Assembly (NCBI GenBank): GCA_037379345.1 | Contig: CM074513.1 | Span: 14,260,001 to 14,324,000, forward strand | DNA length: 64,000 nucleotides | Origin: Perna viridis | Taxonomy: Eukaryota | Direction: 5' to 3' | Shown: one piece after another, positions 48,737-62,479 of the stretch | Layout: every line of letters begins with the position of its first letter | Position numbering within the stretch: position 1 is the stretch's first letter | Translations under genes and position numbers: made by a program | The notes under the pieces: model-generated | The model's database searches: none | Told to the model about the DNA's origin: nothing | The model's input: only the letters and a program-made list of their open reading frames with translations

Positions 48737-50320
48737 AAAACAAAACAAAAAACAAACAAAACTAAAAAAAAAACACAAACAAAAAACAAACAAACAAACA
48801 AAAAAAAACAAAACAAAACACGTAGAACACATGTGTATGCTTTTTAAGAGGTTAATTTTGATCTCGTATGAAGCTGGAATGGACAGTTTTACGGCACTAA
48901 TGAGCAGCATAATGTTGTGCAATAATATATAATTATGCAAATCATATGCGAATTTAAAGTACTGAAATAACGAGTTCTAGAAATCGATAACAATATTAGC
49001 GATCGGCTTAAAAACACCCACCCTACGCCTGCGTTACAGATCGCGTGAAAAGAGAGATAACTCAACCCGTAGTCAACCAAATTAAATATTCCCATGTGTT
49101 TAGACCATCGGTAAATAATAGGGCTTTAAGCTAGATGAAAATGCTGAAAATAATTCTAGAGACGCGATTTTATTAGGTGCGGAATAACTCAAAATTATAT
49201 ATCATTATTTAAAAGGTCCTTAATTTTTTTGGACCTCAACAATTCGAATTTAGGACCTGCACAATCCGATTTCACGAACTTCATAAATAAATTTGAATTA
49301 ACCTCAATGCTTGTGGTGCACACTTGAAAATAACTTGCTACGTAGGCAATTTAGTGTGCACCACGTTATTGAGGTTATTTCCCCATACCCGAAAAATATA
49401 AAAGTGATTCCTTAAATTTTCCAGATACAATAGGTAAGTTAGTATAATAACGACGAAATGTACACTGTTACATTCTTAAATCACGTGAAGAATGACTGTT
49501 ACATTTTTTCGGTCTACGAAGAAATGATCTCAATCACGTGGTGCACACTAAACAAACCTGCTACAGGTCATAGAGGTTATTTCAAATAAACAGTCATTCC
49601 TTATAACTAAATTTTAGTATAAAAATTCAACGAGTAAATCATTGAAAAAAGGGTGGATGACGTCATAGTCATATTACAAAATTTTGTTCATGATGATGGA
49701 CAATTTTTTTTTTATCCAATCAGAAAGCTTGTTACTTCTGAAATTAAATAATATAGTTATATTATACAATGCAAGTACTTTTCAAAGCAGATATTGGATA
49801 AATATATTCTATACAGTAGTTTTACGAATTCGTAACATTATTTTGCAAGTTATTTTATGAATTTATCACAAAGTCTTAGACTTATTTTTGTTAATAATAT
49901 CAGGTTTTAGAACTTTTTTATCACCCCGTAACAAATTATAATTACATTCATATAAAATGTATTCTTGATTTCTAATAACCACTTAGAATGGTAAATATTT
50001 TTTATATTAAGTTGATACAATATAAAATACAGAGTATATAATAAGTTTTTTTGTTTTACCACACATAATACCAAGCTCCACACAGCCGCAGACGTTCGTT
50101 CCGTCATTAACTAACCGCTGCAGACTGGCCATTCGAAATTTTCGGAATTGAATTTATTTGTAAATTTGTTTTTTAGCACAATGTTTGAATTTGCCGCGCA
50201 TGCTTTGGGGATTTTCGCTGGGCCTCCATACGATCCCGCAGTCTCGTTTTGATGAGCCACGCTGATAGTGCAAGAATTTGCTAATGGCGACACACTGTTT
50301 CAGTCAGCTTTGAAAGTAAA

Positions 50321-51292
50321 ATGAAGACTGAAGCCGATACTCCGGGTAAACTAAAAGACCTGATAGAAGGGTTAAGACGAGGAAAGGGCAGAAGACCCGA
50401 TTTAGACGACGGTGCAAATGCGGCTGACGAATCAGCCGAGGAAAATGATGTCGACGTACAACCCAAATGCCCCAAATCAGACGATGCACACGATGCTGAT
50501 GAAGAACTGCAGGATCTAGAAAAACAGTTGAGGGATCTCAAACTTGAAAGGAAGAAAGCACATTCACGCCAGCAAATTGAACAAGAAAAATCCAGTTTGC
50601 GGACTTTGCAAGTCTCGGCGATGAATTCCGGAATGCATTCGCCCAAGACAGGACCAACGATGTCACCTTCACAGTTTCCTTCAAATACAGGTGAACCTAT
50701 TAGCTTAGTAGATACTTCCAAAGAACAAAAAGTGCTTCAGATTTTGTCATTTATCTGGTCAGAGCCCGCTGAACGATTTCAAACATTTACTTTGGGCGGT
50801 GAAGTTGAGTTTCGCATAGGCAAAAAGAAAACGTTGGATAAGGTTACAATAGAGGATTGGGGCTACGCGAACATTAAAATCATGCAAGAATTGGTGAAAC
50901 AAAAGCGGCTAACGGACATTAATGGTTACCTCAACTATATCGCCGATATCTATCGCTTAGCCGCCCGGAATGTATGATATTCAGTTTTGCTGTACGACAA
51001 AGAATATCGACAAAAGCAGGCCGATCAGTTATTCGAATGGGGAACATACAGACAAGAATTGCGTGACTTTCAGTTAGTGTCGAAACTGGATAACCCAACA
51101 TCTAGAGTATTCGCAGAAGCTTCCAAAGTCGTCATTAAGGGTAGAAATCCGAAACAGATTACTGATGGTCGGCGAAAAGGTCCGTTTCTGCCCAATGGAC
51201 GCGAGATCTGTCGAAGCTTCAATTACAATTCATGTTATCGTGTAGATTGCAAAATGATTCAATTTGTTTTTCTAGTGCTCACTCTGCGTTAA
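50321..51292 (+). pseudogene. Gag-like ORF1 of the YR retrotransposon
   Basis: NV*YSVLLYDKEYRQKQA (stop at an expected Trp) and C-terminal ICRSFNYNSCYRVDCK CCCH-type finger. Confidence 0.75.
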
Positions 51293-51403
51293 ATGGTCAC
51301 AATCAACCAATGACGAGACCAAAAATCCATGAAGTGCCTCAAAATCGGGACTAGTTGTGGAGCCGAAGGCGACATCCGCGATTAACACAGTGCATTTCGA
51401 GGC

Positions 51404-52810
51404 TTGGTGTCGCCTATTACCTATGGAAACAGAGGACCGAGAATTATTTTAGATGGAGTAAAAAATGGCTTTCGTTTACGTACAAAATTTGGCCCGTGTT
51501 ATCCAACCAATCGTGAAAATTATGCATCAGCATTTAAAATGCGCGAAAAAGTAGAAATTCAGCTACGAAATGATTTTGCTTTAGGAAATTATGTGATTAC
51601 TAAAAAAGATTGCAACGATTGTGAGCTCACTAGGGGCTGTCCCAAAACCAAATGGTGAAATACGTTTAATTCATGACGCTAGTCAGCCCGTAGGAATTTC
51701 CCTCAATTCTTATACAAGTGATACAAATTGTTCATATATGGATATGCGACACGCTTTAAAACTTATTAAACCAAATAGTTTTCTTGCAAAAGTTGACCTT
51801 AAAAGTGCGTATAGATCCGTTAAATGTCACAAGTTAGATCATGAATACACCGGCTTAAAATAGACCTTCACAGGTGATGATGTTCCTACTTACATGTATG
51901 ATTGTAGTAGGGATTTGCTTTTATTGGTTCGCACATTGAGACAATTAGGTTTTAACACAAAGTATTCGAAGGTAGAAGGTCCAGCACAGCGAATAACTTT
52001 TTAGGCATAATAATCGATACCCGTGATTTGACACTTACCATGCCAGAGCAGAAGCAATCTGAATTTTATAGCCTACTGTTATCCTTTGAAAAACGCAAAC
52101 GTGCAAGTGTTAAACAACTTCAGTCACTTTGCGGCAATTTAAACTGGGCTTGTCAAATGGTGGAAGGTGGTAGAACGTTTCTGAGACGTTTATTTGACGC
52201 TATTTCTAATGTAGAAAACCGCAGTGACAAAGTGTTATTATCTGCCGATTTTCATGCTGACATTTCTTGGTGGATTAAATTTATGAAGGTTTTCAAAAGC
52301 ACAGTGAAATTGATGGACTCAAAAAAAAAATCACTTCGTTACAAACTGACACGTCTTCATTAGGAGGCGCTGGCTATTACAATGGAGATTTCTTTTATGT
52401 TAATTGGTCTGTTGACTTGCCAGTTATTCAAAATGAACATATCAATATTAAAGAAACTACTGCTGTCATCTTATCTGTACTTCGCTGGGGACATTTATGG
52501 ACAAATAAAACTGTTATAGTGTTTACGGACAATATGACGACCAAATGTATTTTGAACAAGGGGTCGTCAAAGAACAAGTGGCTGATGAGTTTACTGAGAA
52601 CTTTGTTTTGGCTTTCCGCTATGTATAATTTTGACTTTCAGGCAAAATTTTTGAGAGGGCGTTACAACGTTATTGCCGATGACGCCTCACGTCTTCACAA
52701 AGAAGGTCAACTTTCGAGACTTTATGATATATTGACTAGTTATAGTTGCATTCCGTTTACGGTACATGAACTATTAAGACATATTTCGTTTGCCTTTTAT
52801 CTTTTTAGAT
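51404..52810 (+). pseudogene. Reverse transcriptase and RNase H
   Basis: LGAVPKPNGEIRLIHDASQP, AKVDLKSAYRSV, LQSLCGNLNW; RNase H HINIKE, VFTDN, NVIADDASR. The LPFG/YLDD block appears deleted near 51905. Confidence 0.88.
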
Positions 52811-52819
52811 GGTGCAAAT

Positions 52820-53420
52820 ATGATAGCGGACTTGGAGATAGCCGTTGGACGATTGAAAGGAAAGGGGTGGGCTGAATCAACAGCTGGAACGTACGCCACG
52901 CACTTGAAGATGTATCTTCAGTTTTGCGAAGAGTACAAACTGCAGTCGGTACCATGTGACCAGAAGACTATTGAGATTTATATCGCATATTTAGTTGACA
53001 AGAATCATTTCACATATATTTCTATTCGCTCCTACTTGAACATTATTTCTGTTTTACATAAGATGCACGATATACAGGATCCTATTTCTAACTCTTGGAA
53101 TATATACTAACGGGTGTGAAAAGAGAATTATGAACAAGTCAATCCTGCAAAGCGCCAATTACGCCGGAACTGTTATTGAATTTAAGGAACATTCTTGATT
53201 TGTCAAACCACAACAATATTGTTTTTGGGCAGCTTGTTCGACATAGTTCTTTGGCTTTTTAAAACCAAATAATTTTCTTGTAAAGAGAACTTTTAATCCC
53301 GAACTTAATCTTCACAGGGTTGATGTATTACCATGTAGCTGGAGCATGCTTTTACGTTTAAAAGTAGTTAAAACGCTTCAATTTCGTTCAAAACCAATAG
53401 AAGTGGTATTGTCACTTCAA
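52820..53420 (+). pseudogene. Tyrosine recombinase, N-terminal part
   Basis: AESTAGTYATHLKMYLQFC, SIRSYLNII, KAPITPELL, FFGFLK..N, VKTLQFR. The C-terminal HxxR/Y motifs are missing. Confidence 0.8.
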
Positions 53421-53735
53421 ATAAAACGTCGTATGCAAATCGGATAACGTCGCGTAAAATCATTCACATTTTTCTCGACTTTTGCATTTTCTGATAGGGC
53501 TGGCCACAGCGTCTAAACTGAATTTCGAACTTCAGACGCTGTTACTGAGCTTGACATAATACGTTGCCGGAATGCAACCATTCTAGATTTTAAATAATAT
53601 TCAATGTATTGTACTCAATTCTTCATACATTATACGATGAGGATTGTTATTTTTAACCATGAAATTAGTTTTACAAAATTGCATATAGAAGTTTTCTACA
53701 ACGTTACAATTTTCAAAGCCCTATATTTCTGCATC

Positions 53736-53945
53736 TTACAATTGAATAATTATTGGTACTACCATTGTATCAAAAGGCAAATTCAACTTTCTAGCCCTTC
53801 TATTGACTACAAACATGGCTTCTCTTACTTGCTGTACAATATGTGCCTTCGCATCATGAAAGGTACCTTTATGTGAAAATATAAAGTTACATATATAACC
53901 GGAAATAATCAAAAGTTTCATCAGAATAGAGGAGTTGTGCTGCAA
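53736..53945 (-). mobile_element. LINE (RTE-X/CR1-like) ORF2 C-terminal fragment
   Basis: FSHKGTFHDAKAHIVQQVREAMFVVNRRARKLNLPFDTMVVPII resembles the post-RT thumb region of non-LTR elements. Confidence 0.55.
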
Positions 53946-55028
53946 TACTCATTTCAGCTAAACCATTATAAGCATGTGACATAATATCGACTAAATCATT
54001 TAGAAAAATTGAAAATAATATAGGGTTATATTTTCGCCTTGGCGAAAATCAACATGGATTGAAAACGGAGTGACAATTTGAAAAGGAACTACCCTGTCTA
54101 ACACAAGACTTTGCATTACTGTACATATTATTAATGCTTGTGAACATTTTCCATCAATAGTGCACTATAACAATTTTAGCCATAAATAAACTCTTCTACA
54201 TGTAACAGAATCGAAAGCTTTTCGGTAGTCATTGTTCCGTCTCCAGTACTGGTTAAATGCATCGTTATTATACGCAACATTCTGCACCTGCGCATTAAGG
54301 TTTTTAATAGCTATATACATGTAATATGATATTGGAATAGTTTTTTTTTTGAGTTATGTGACTTAATTTGTACAAAAATGCACAATTACCCATTTTAAGT
54401 CCATATTTCAAAAACGGTTTCACCAAAATAACACGATACAGTGAATTGCTTATTTCCTTTGATGTAGGCTTTCAATTTTACCATACGCTCAAGAGGCCAA
54501 ATATTGATAAAAAGAAAAAATCAGCTGCACGTCCGTTCATCTGTTTGCCTATCCATATACTCTTTAAAAAGTCTTATTGCAAATGATAAAGTTCTTTCCA
54601 TGTAACAACTCCAATTGTTGTTTAAATCTTATCCATTTGATCACAATCTGAGATCACCAACCTTGAAATTTGTGTCCATATTTGCCCCTTCGTTTTAATG
54701 GCAGACCTCTACGGGCGAATCTATATTTTGTATATGATACCAATTGTATATTTTTTTCTATGACATAACAACAAATGATACTTTTGGTATCATATGCATC
54801 TGTACCATTCACACAGAAAATGTTGATCATCTTAAGATTCATTTTTAATACAAAAACAGTATAATATCTCTGTCTTTTCTTTTGTTTTTAGCATATGGCA
54901 TGAAAGTCTTGAAGGTATACATAATCTTTTCCACTAAATATAACGAGAATGGATATGGTGAATATATCAAAGAGACAACAACCCCACCGGAATGAAAAAT
55001 GTCAGTTCGAGGCCAACCATGAGTCTTA

Positions 55029-55130
55029 AATGAATAACGAGGAAACCCTCACACCACAGGGCAGGCTGCAGCTGGCCCCAATGAACAACAAGGAAACCCT
55101 CACACCACATGGCAGGCTGCAGCTGGCCCT
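55029..55130. repeat. Tandem duplication of ~50 bp inside an interspersed repeat
   Basis: AATGAA(T/C)AAC(G/A)AGGAAACCCTCACACCACA(G/T)GGCAGGCTGCAGCTGGCCC occurs twice. Confidence 0.85.
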
Positions 55131-57035
55131 GAAAAAAAAAAAACATTATATACATGTACAGAGAAATAGTTGCCCCATATACTCCCGCGTCAAAATAGTA
55201 AACTGTCAGTGAAAGCGATTCGATGCATACGGAGCCAAAAATTCCTGACTTGGGACAGGCGCAAAAATGCGTAAATTATTGTACTTTGGTATGATCACAA
55301 CCATCCCCTTTTTGAAACTGGCCACTGTGGGGAAATATGACACAATGAAATATACTTAAAATCAGTTTGAAAAAACAGGTTTAAAAAAAGGTGCGAGTCC
55401 CTTCTTAAAACAAAGATAAAGAAACTGATTTTACGTTATATTAATGCACAAACAAAGGATTACTACATTGTAGCAGTCAATTACACACCAACTCCAGATC
55501 AGTTTAAACCTACGAAACGTTATGCCTTAACCGTATGTAAAATCAATCCCAATTCTTCCCCTGTTCTCCAGAGTGGAGAACAAAGGTACATCATATGTAA
55601 TAAAATAAGGACAAAGCCGTGTAATACCGAAAACTGCTTTAAAATATAGTGTGTTACTTTCTACGTAAAGACCCTATAAGCGAATCAATGTTACTACCTA
55701 AAAAATGCTATCTATAATAATATGACGACAATATCATAACGATAATTTCCCTTACAAGTTAGCTTATGTCTGCCCGTATTAATCGTTTACAAGTACCTCT
55801 GTATTTGTGAATTGAGTTCCCTTATTGGTTGAAAAAGGAATGTAAATGTTTTACGAGCTTGGTGTAGTAATTTCTCGGTTATATAAAGAATCCGGAACAT
55901 TGTTACAAATACGAACCAATTTAGATATCAAGCTCCGAAAAAGCATCTGACGTTCAAAATTCACCCTAGACGCTGCAGCCAGCCCTCTCAGAAAATGCAA
56001 GAATCTTGCAAAGTCCGGAAAATATGAACGATTCTATGCGACGTTTGATTTGAATAATGTCAGAGAATTTCGAAAGGCATGCCTGCAGTGGTGAATAAAA
56101 GAGGAAACGAACGTCTGCCGCTGCGTGGAGCTTGTTTTGATATGCAAACATCATATGATAGTGACAAGGGGACATCACAATCTAATCAAAAACTGAAGTT
56201 TTCATAGTCATTGATCGTCAAATATTCTATTCCACTGATGTTTGCTTGCTCTCAACATTTTTAGTGCTGTTTTGTTTACTTATATTTTCAAGGTTTTGCT
56301 ACGGTTTGTTGTAATTTTCATCCGTTTCTTTGTCCTGGACTTTCGAGGTTTTTTTTTTATATGTAACGTCTTCCATTGTTTATAATGGTGATAATGCTTA
56401 TATAGTACAATTATTTCCCTTGATGACTTTTGAACCAAGATGGTTGTCTTCCAAGGAAAAAACACGGTTACACAAGGATAATCAAGCATAACAGTCATTA
56501 TTTGATAGAAGCTCAAAACAACAACGTCAAATTTCCAATATCATTGTTATGAATAAGGCATAAACAGTAAGATTCGTTTGCCCGAGCTGATAGCAATTAT
56601 TCTGATTTCTTTATACAACATCGTTGCTTGAGAGATAGGAGTTTGGACACAGGCATACAAAAATCGTTCTTAATACGAATTGATTTCATACACAATGAAT
56701 AAATTAGATATTTATTTACATATTTAAATTAATATAACGTACACACTTCAGACTGTCTCTTTAAGATACACACATCTATTGTAGTTGTGTTTATAACGTA
56801 AATATGAAATAGTTTATATACAGATATTTACAATAGTTAAAAGTTTGTGGAGCACAACACAATACAAAATATGTAAGAAAATGCACGGTATTGCAGACTC
56901 TAAATTTCATACTGATACTTACAACAGCGTTTTTGAAATACACAATACCGAATGTGTGAGAATATGTGTGGTACTGTACATCATTTCAAATTGCATCTAA
57001 TTTTGCAAGGCAGGTAAAAGTGGCGGGAAAAAAGA

Positions 57036-59336
57036 CTACCATGTACCAGGTACAATTATATCAGAGAACAGATGCTCTTTTCTCATAAGCAAGGAAACAA
57101 TATCGTAATGACCATTCATTATTGCAATGTCTAGCGGATAAATCCCATTCGTCCTACTAATATTTGACGAACCACCGTTGTTGAGAATAACACCCACTAT
57201 GTCCAGATGGCCAAATTCACAGGCGTAAAAGAATCGCGTAGTTCCATCGTCTTTTTGCAAGTTTATATCTGCTTTATATCTGATTAGAATATCTGCTACC
57301 TTGTCGAATCCCATAAAGCAAGCAAAATGAAGAGCAGATGATCCTATGCACAAGTCAAACACGTAATTCTCTGATTTTGTTACAAGGTAGTCTTTCACCA
57401 ATTTTGGTGCTTCACTCATTATATCATCAAACCATATCGCTAATATGCTTGTCGTGAATTCACATAAAAAAGATACCAACTGAGCTCTTGGTAATAATAT
57501 ATCATTGCAACTAGCTCCATTCTTACACAATTGTTCAACAATACCAATGTGATTTAATCTAGATGCCAAAATCAAGGCAGTATCACCATCATACATGCTT
57601 GTGTTTATGTCCGCGTGATGTTCAATAAAAAAAAATGACAACATTAAGATACCCGCGCTGACATGCTATGATCAAAGACGAGGAGCCTTCAGAATCTGTT
57701 TTATTAACATCTGCGTTCATATCTAACAACTCATAGACTATATCTAGATGTCCTTTTTGACATGCAATAAACAGGGGCGATCTCCCATTTCCCATACACA
57801 GATTCACATCAGCATTCATCTCTATTAATTTAAGGACAATATCTAGATGTCCTTCTTGACATGCAACGTACAGTGGAGATGAACTATTCTTATCACACAG
57901 ATTCACATCAGCATTCACCTCCAACAACTCACAGACTATATCTAGATGTCCTTCCTGACATGCCATAAACAGTGGAGATACACCGTCTGCTCTCACTAGA
58001 TTAACATTTGCATTATTGAGCAATAACCATTCAACAATGTCAATATAACCATGAAACGCTGCTCTTATTAAAAGTGTATCACATGCGCCAGGTTCTGATT
58101 TTGGGACAAGTGTGTTCTTCATGTTGGTTAGATCGTCAAGATCTTTTCTATCAACCAGGTGCTGTAAAAGCTTCATTCTAAATCGGATGTTTTTGAAATT
58201 TCTATCGCTGAACACCAATGCAACTTTGCCAGTTTTCCAGTCAGTAATACATCTTTCAATGTATGAATCTATCATATCATCGGGGGTAGAAATACAAAAT
58301 TCTAAGTCTTTGGCTTTATCGGACTGCCAGATACATCTCTCATGTATCAGTTCACTTTTCCCGTAGTCTATGACGCTATGAAGTATTTTTTTACCTATGT
58401 AACAAGCAATGATATCGAACAGTTTATCATGAATAGTTTTGTATACCTCATCATCGTCCATTAAAAAAGTTCCAAGAAGTGAATTAAGAGTTCCCTTTAG
58501 ATTCCTCGTCATTATCTTTGCCTCTAATCCTATATCTTCGGACAAATCTTCAAACATCTTTTTTTCGGTATCTGTTGCCCTCCTATCAAAAAACCTTTTA
58601 TCTAATCTATTATGAAACAATACACATAAAGCAAGGCAGAATTGTTTATATCTCCCATTTTGTCCATGTTTATATAATTGCTGGAGCTCAGTTTCGTATG
58701 AATGTACAGGATAAGTGAAAAACTCCCGAACAGATTTGGAGTGACCTTTCCTGTACAATGAACACAGAAGTACGAAAAAATCACCATTCATTCTTTCCGG
58801 TAACTCATTGAAAGCCTTTTCATCTATGTATTTCTCAATAAATCTTTTCTTCTCATCCGTATCAAGACAAAATTCTTCAGAACTCAAGTTGCAATCGTAG
58901 GATATATAATGGTTTATTTTTTCAAGACTTTCATCTCTGTAAACTTGTAATCTGCACGATGATATGATTTTGCAATCGAAATTACTCTGAATAGTGTTGT
59001 AGAAAGGACTTCCAAGAAACTGCTCCCAAATCTCGACGTGCTGTTGCACCGCCGTGAAATTTCCTCATAAATCATCCACAACGAATACGGTTGGGTTTTC
59101 ATAACAAGAAAGAGATTGTATGTCTTTAGGGTCAATAATTGGTACTATATGGAACCCCTTTCTCTGGAGTACCAACGACACATTCCTTGCTATAAATGTT
59201 TTACCACATCCAGCAGGTCCGGTTATAACCAAAAATGTACTTTCATGAATCATTTTAAGAACCTGTTCTCTTGCTCTGGTCGGAACAAACATTCTATCTT
59301 GTTTTCTCCACTCTGTTCGAATAATCTCAAATTGGT
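57036..59336 (-). pseudogene. Terminal exon: nSTAND3-type P-loop NTPase plus ankyrin repeats
   Basis: ttttag acceptor, phase 1. FVPTRA, Walker A ITGPAGCGKT, Walker B VFVVDDL then TGA (59065), IISSCR, IHDKLFD. About 8 ankyrin repeats (SPLxxACQEGHLDIV). Frameshift in a homopolymer near 57630. Confidence 0.88.
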
Positions 59337-60415
59337 CTAAAATTAAAAAAGTAACATTTACAACACTTATAAATGTGTTCCAGACTATAATCATAATAAT
59401 ATTTATTTTGCGCCAGAGACACAAGTATTAAACCTAAAATACATGTACTATAGTATATGTGTGTAAATAATAATTTAATTAAAAAGTTGAAATGGCCCCA
59501 AGAAAGAGTTATTTAATGTACAAATTAAAACTCAAACATATTACTCAATGCTGTTGTTTGTAACTATCTTTCCTTTAGGCTATACAAATGTTTGTCAACT
59601 TGAACAGACACTTAATCTACTAATTAGAGTGAAATACCTTTGGTTTATTAACATGAGTAAATAAAAAAAAATATAATTTCAACTGTCAATTGACAATATT
59701 CAAAAATCATGTTCCTTACCGCTTTGAAATGAAGTGTATAACACACTTGTTTTTTTCTTTTGTTTAAAATAATATAAATTATTTAGCTAAATATGTCATT
59801 ACATTATCTATGCCAAGGTAGAAAATTTGTGTTCTTTTATTCATGTTTGAGAATACCAAATTATGATGTTATCATTACTTTAACAAAAGTTATCATATGT
59901 AATCGACTGCATTTGAAATTATGAGTAATCATGATGTAATCGATTACATTTTTATATCACGCAATCTTGATGCTATTAGTCACATTTGAAATAAATCCGA
60001 CCTTGTTATTGGTATTCAATTTGTTCGTGCACAGGAAATTTTATGAACAAAATATAAAGTTCACAAAATACCCCAATTTAAATGAAGGTAAATGCTAAAT
60101 GTAAAATCGTTAATTGTTCGAAAAGAGATCAATATGTAGTCAGTAAGTTGTTATTGAGTGTGTTAAACAAATCAGAAATAAAATATTGTTTAAAACATGT
60201 AAACTGAAAATTGAAAAAAAAAATGTAACATTATTAGAACATTGTCGATCGGATCTTAACGATTACCTTTTTAATGATTGATAGTTTTTTCTCTAAATTG
60301 ATAAAAAAACCATTTCTTTTATATTAAGAGTGTAGTTCTCTGAAGATAGAAACTTAGCCACAGACCTTAATGTAATAAAAATTGGTTAGAAAGTTCCTTT
60401 AATTATAATACATAC

Positions 60416-60442
60416 CTTTGTCGTCCAGTAAAATTTTCCTTT
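60416..60442 (-). CDS. Probable 27-bp microexon of the CARD-NTPase-ANK gene
   Basis: gttttag acceptor and gtatg donor, phase 1/1, open (ERKILLDDK). Confidence 0.5.
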
Positions 60443-61247
60443 CTAAAACAAGAAATTCAATTTTCAAATCAAATTAAAAAATACTGAGAGCAAATATAAA
60501 ATATACTGTTACTGTAACAATATGAGTTAATGATTTTTACAAAAATATCTTTGTTGTGTGTTGTTTTGTTCTATGGTTGACAGCGATTGTTGAGATCTCT
60601 ATGGCAACATGCATGTGTAAGTTAGTGGGCTGCAGAATCCGGTTCTTGGACAAAAATAGGAAAATGCCAGAATTTTAGCTAAATGAAGAAAATCTCTGCT
60701 AATTAGTTACTTCTCATGCATGTAGATGTTCTGTTCTGCATGTGCCATTTACAAAGACAATATACTAAATAAGTATTCGTATAAAAGAAATGCTGTGTGC
60801 TTTCTTTTAGGCAATGCCTATTCAATATTGATAATTGACTATCATGTGCATGTGCACGGCTTTTCGGAGATACTAAATTCCTGTAAAACGTACACAAGTA
60901 CATCATGGCCATAAGTTATTAATTGCCACAGAACAAAAATAACATACAACAAAATATTTTCAAAAATTTAATAAGGTGATACGTGTTACACCTTTATCAA
61001 TAATCATTGCATCTCTTTCACCAGATATTTAAAGTCTTACTATTATTGTCGGATTATTTTCTATTTGCTTTGAAATGAAATATATTTTAGTTGAATTGAA
61101 TATAGAAATAGAAGAGGAAAACCCTTACGATGTTATAGTATTATTTATTTTATGCAAATGCAAAATATATGGAAGTAAGATACAAATACTTGACCACTAA
61201 TTATTGATATGTAACTTAATAGTAATAGGAATGCTCTAATTACCTAC

Positions 61248-61344
61248 CCATTTCTGATCTGAGCTCATTTTCAAACTGTTCAATATCACACAATGACACT
61301 GACTCAAACAAGTCCTCTGTTTTCTCTCCAAACACCAACAGTAT
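61248..61344 (-). CDS. Probable internal exon of the CARD-NTPase-ANK gene
   Basis: tttaag acceptor (weak) and gtaggt donor. Phase 0/1 fits its neighbours. ILLVFGEKTEDLFES...ELRSEM. Confidence 0.45.
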
Positions 61345-62126
61345 CTTAAATGATATATTTTAATACATTTTTTTTCTGATTACCGTTACGTCATATGTCA
61401 ACTGGTTCTTAACATTATGGAAGTCTATAACAAAAGGTTAAGTAGTAATAGCTGTTACGTTTTTTGTGCCCTTTTCGGTGCAGATCGCGAGGTTAATACA
61501 ACAATTAACATAAATTGGTTAAACACTGTAAGCATTCACCTTGCGGACGTACTAATTGAGCATGCTCAGAAAAATATCACGTAAGGATCTATAAATCTAA
61601 ATAAGTCATTACGCGGACGATGAGGAAGTGATGTGGAACATTCGATTTTTCTTTTTCCATTTAGCTTTCAAGAACATTCGATTTTTCTTTTTCCATTTAG
61701 CTTTCAAAATTCGTAGAAAAATCAATTTTCATTTTCCTTACTTTATTCAAACTGATAAATTTAGGGACCCTTGCTATTGTTATTGTTTCGGTACAATAAA
61801 TATGCGTTTAGAAACGGCAGGATATCGTGTGTGTTTGATAATATCATGGCAGTCTTCTACTTCCGTGGCTTCTGCACACCAGCGAAGCTGCAGAAAATTC
61901 ACGAATATGATATAAAGCCTGTTAAATTCTTGAAAAATATCTTTTGGGCCAAGACAGTATTTTAAATTCATCTGCATATCTATCATTTAACCGCTTTTAT
62001 GGGAATATGAACAAATAAAAAAATTATAATCGGATTTAAAAAATTATATATTTGGACATAATTCACGTACAAATACATTTTAAGATTTGCCAAAGAAATA
62101 GTTTTTTAATACGTTTTCATAGATAC

Positions 62127-62479
62127 CTCTTTAATTGTATTCTGACATTCTGTATATTCTCTTTCTGTCAATTTTTCATCCAGTTCAAACACCAACTGGT
62201 ATAAATTTCGGAATTTATTCACGGCAATATTTATAAGTGTTTCCCGATTTCGACCCATGTTTTCAGTAGATGTACAATCTTTTATCTTGTCCTTTTTTAT
62301 TTTTGTAGGTCGAATTCCCTTTGCTCCCGAGTTAATTTTTGTGAGTTCCAACGATGATTCGTCTATATAAGAAGGGGAATGGCTTTCTTGATTTTTTTCT
62401 AATTTTTGTTTGATGACGTTTATCAATGTAACCATTTGACGAAATCCGGGTTGAATAAAAGGCTCTTTTGTTTGGATAT
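62127..62479 (-). CDS. Internal exon of the CARD-NTPase-ANK gene (linker, possibly degenerate HEPN-like)
   Basis: ttgtag acceptor and gtatc donor, open 353 nt, phase 1/0. Overlaps track ORF 62106-62435. Confidence 0.65.

Larger units (their letters stand above)
50321..53420 (+). mobile_element. Decayed tyrosine-recombinase retrotransposon (DIRS order, Ngaro-like gene order)
   Basis: gag-like, RT, RNase H and YR coding regions lie on the same strand, with many stops and frameshifts. Termini not identified. Confidence 0.88.

Noticed and set aside
59065-59067. In-frame TGA at a probable Cys position as selenocysteine
   Set aside because: No SECIS recognised, not a redox motif, and a second lesion downstream; a nonsense mutation is simpler.
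60267-60292. Second candidate microexon (ag/gt-bounded, 26 nt)
   Set aside because: Its length would shift the frame; not supportable without transcript data.
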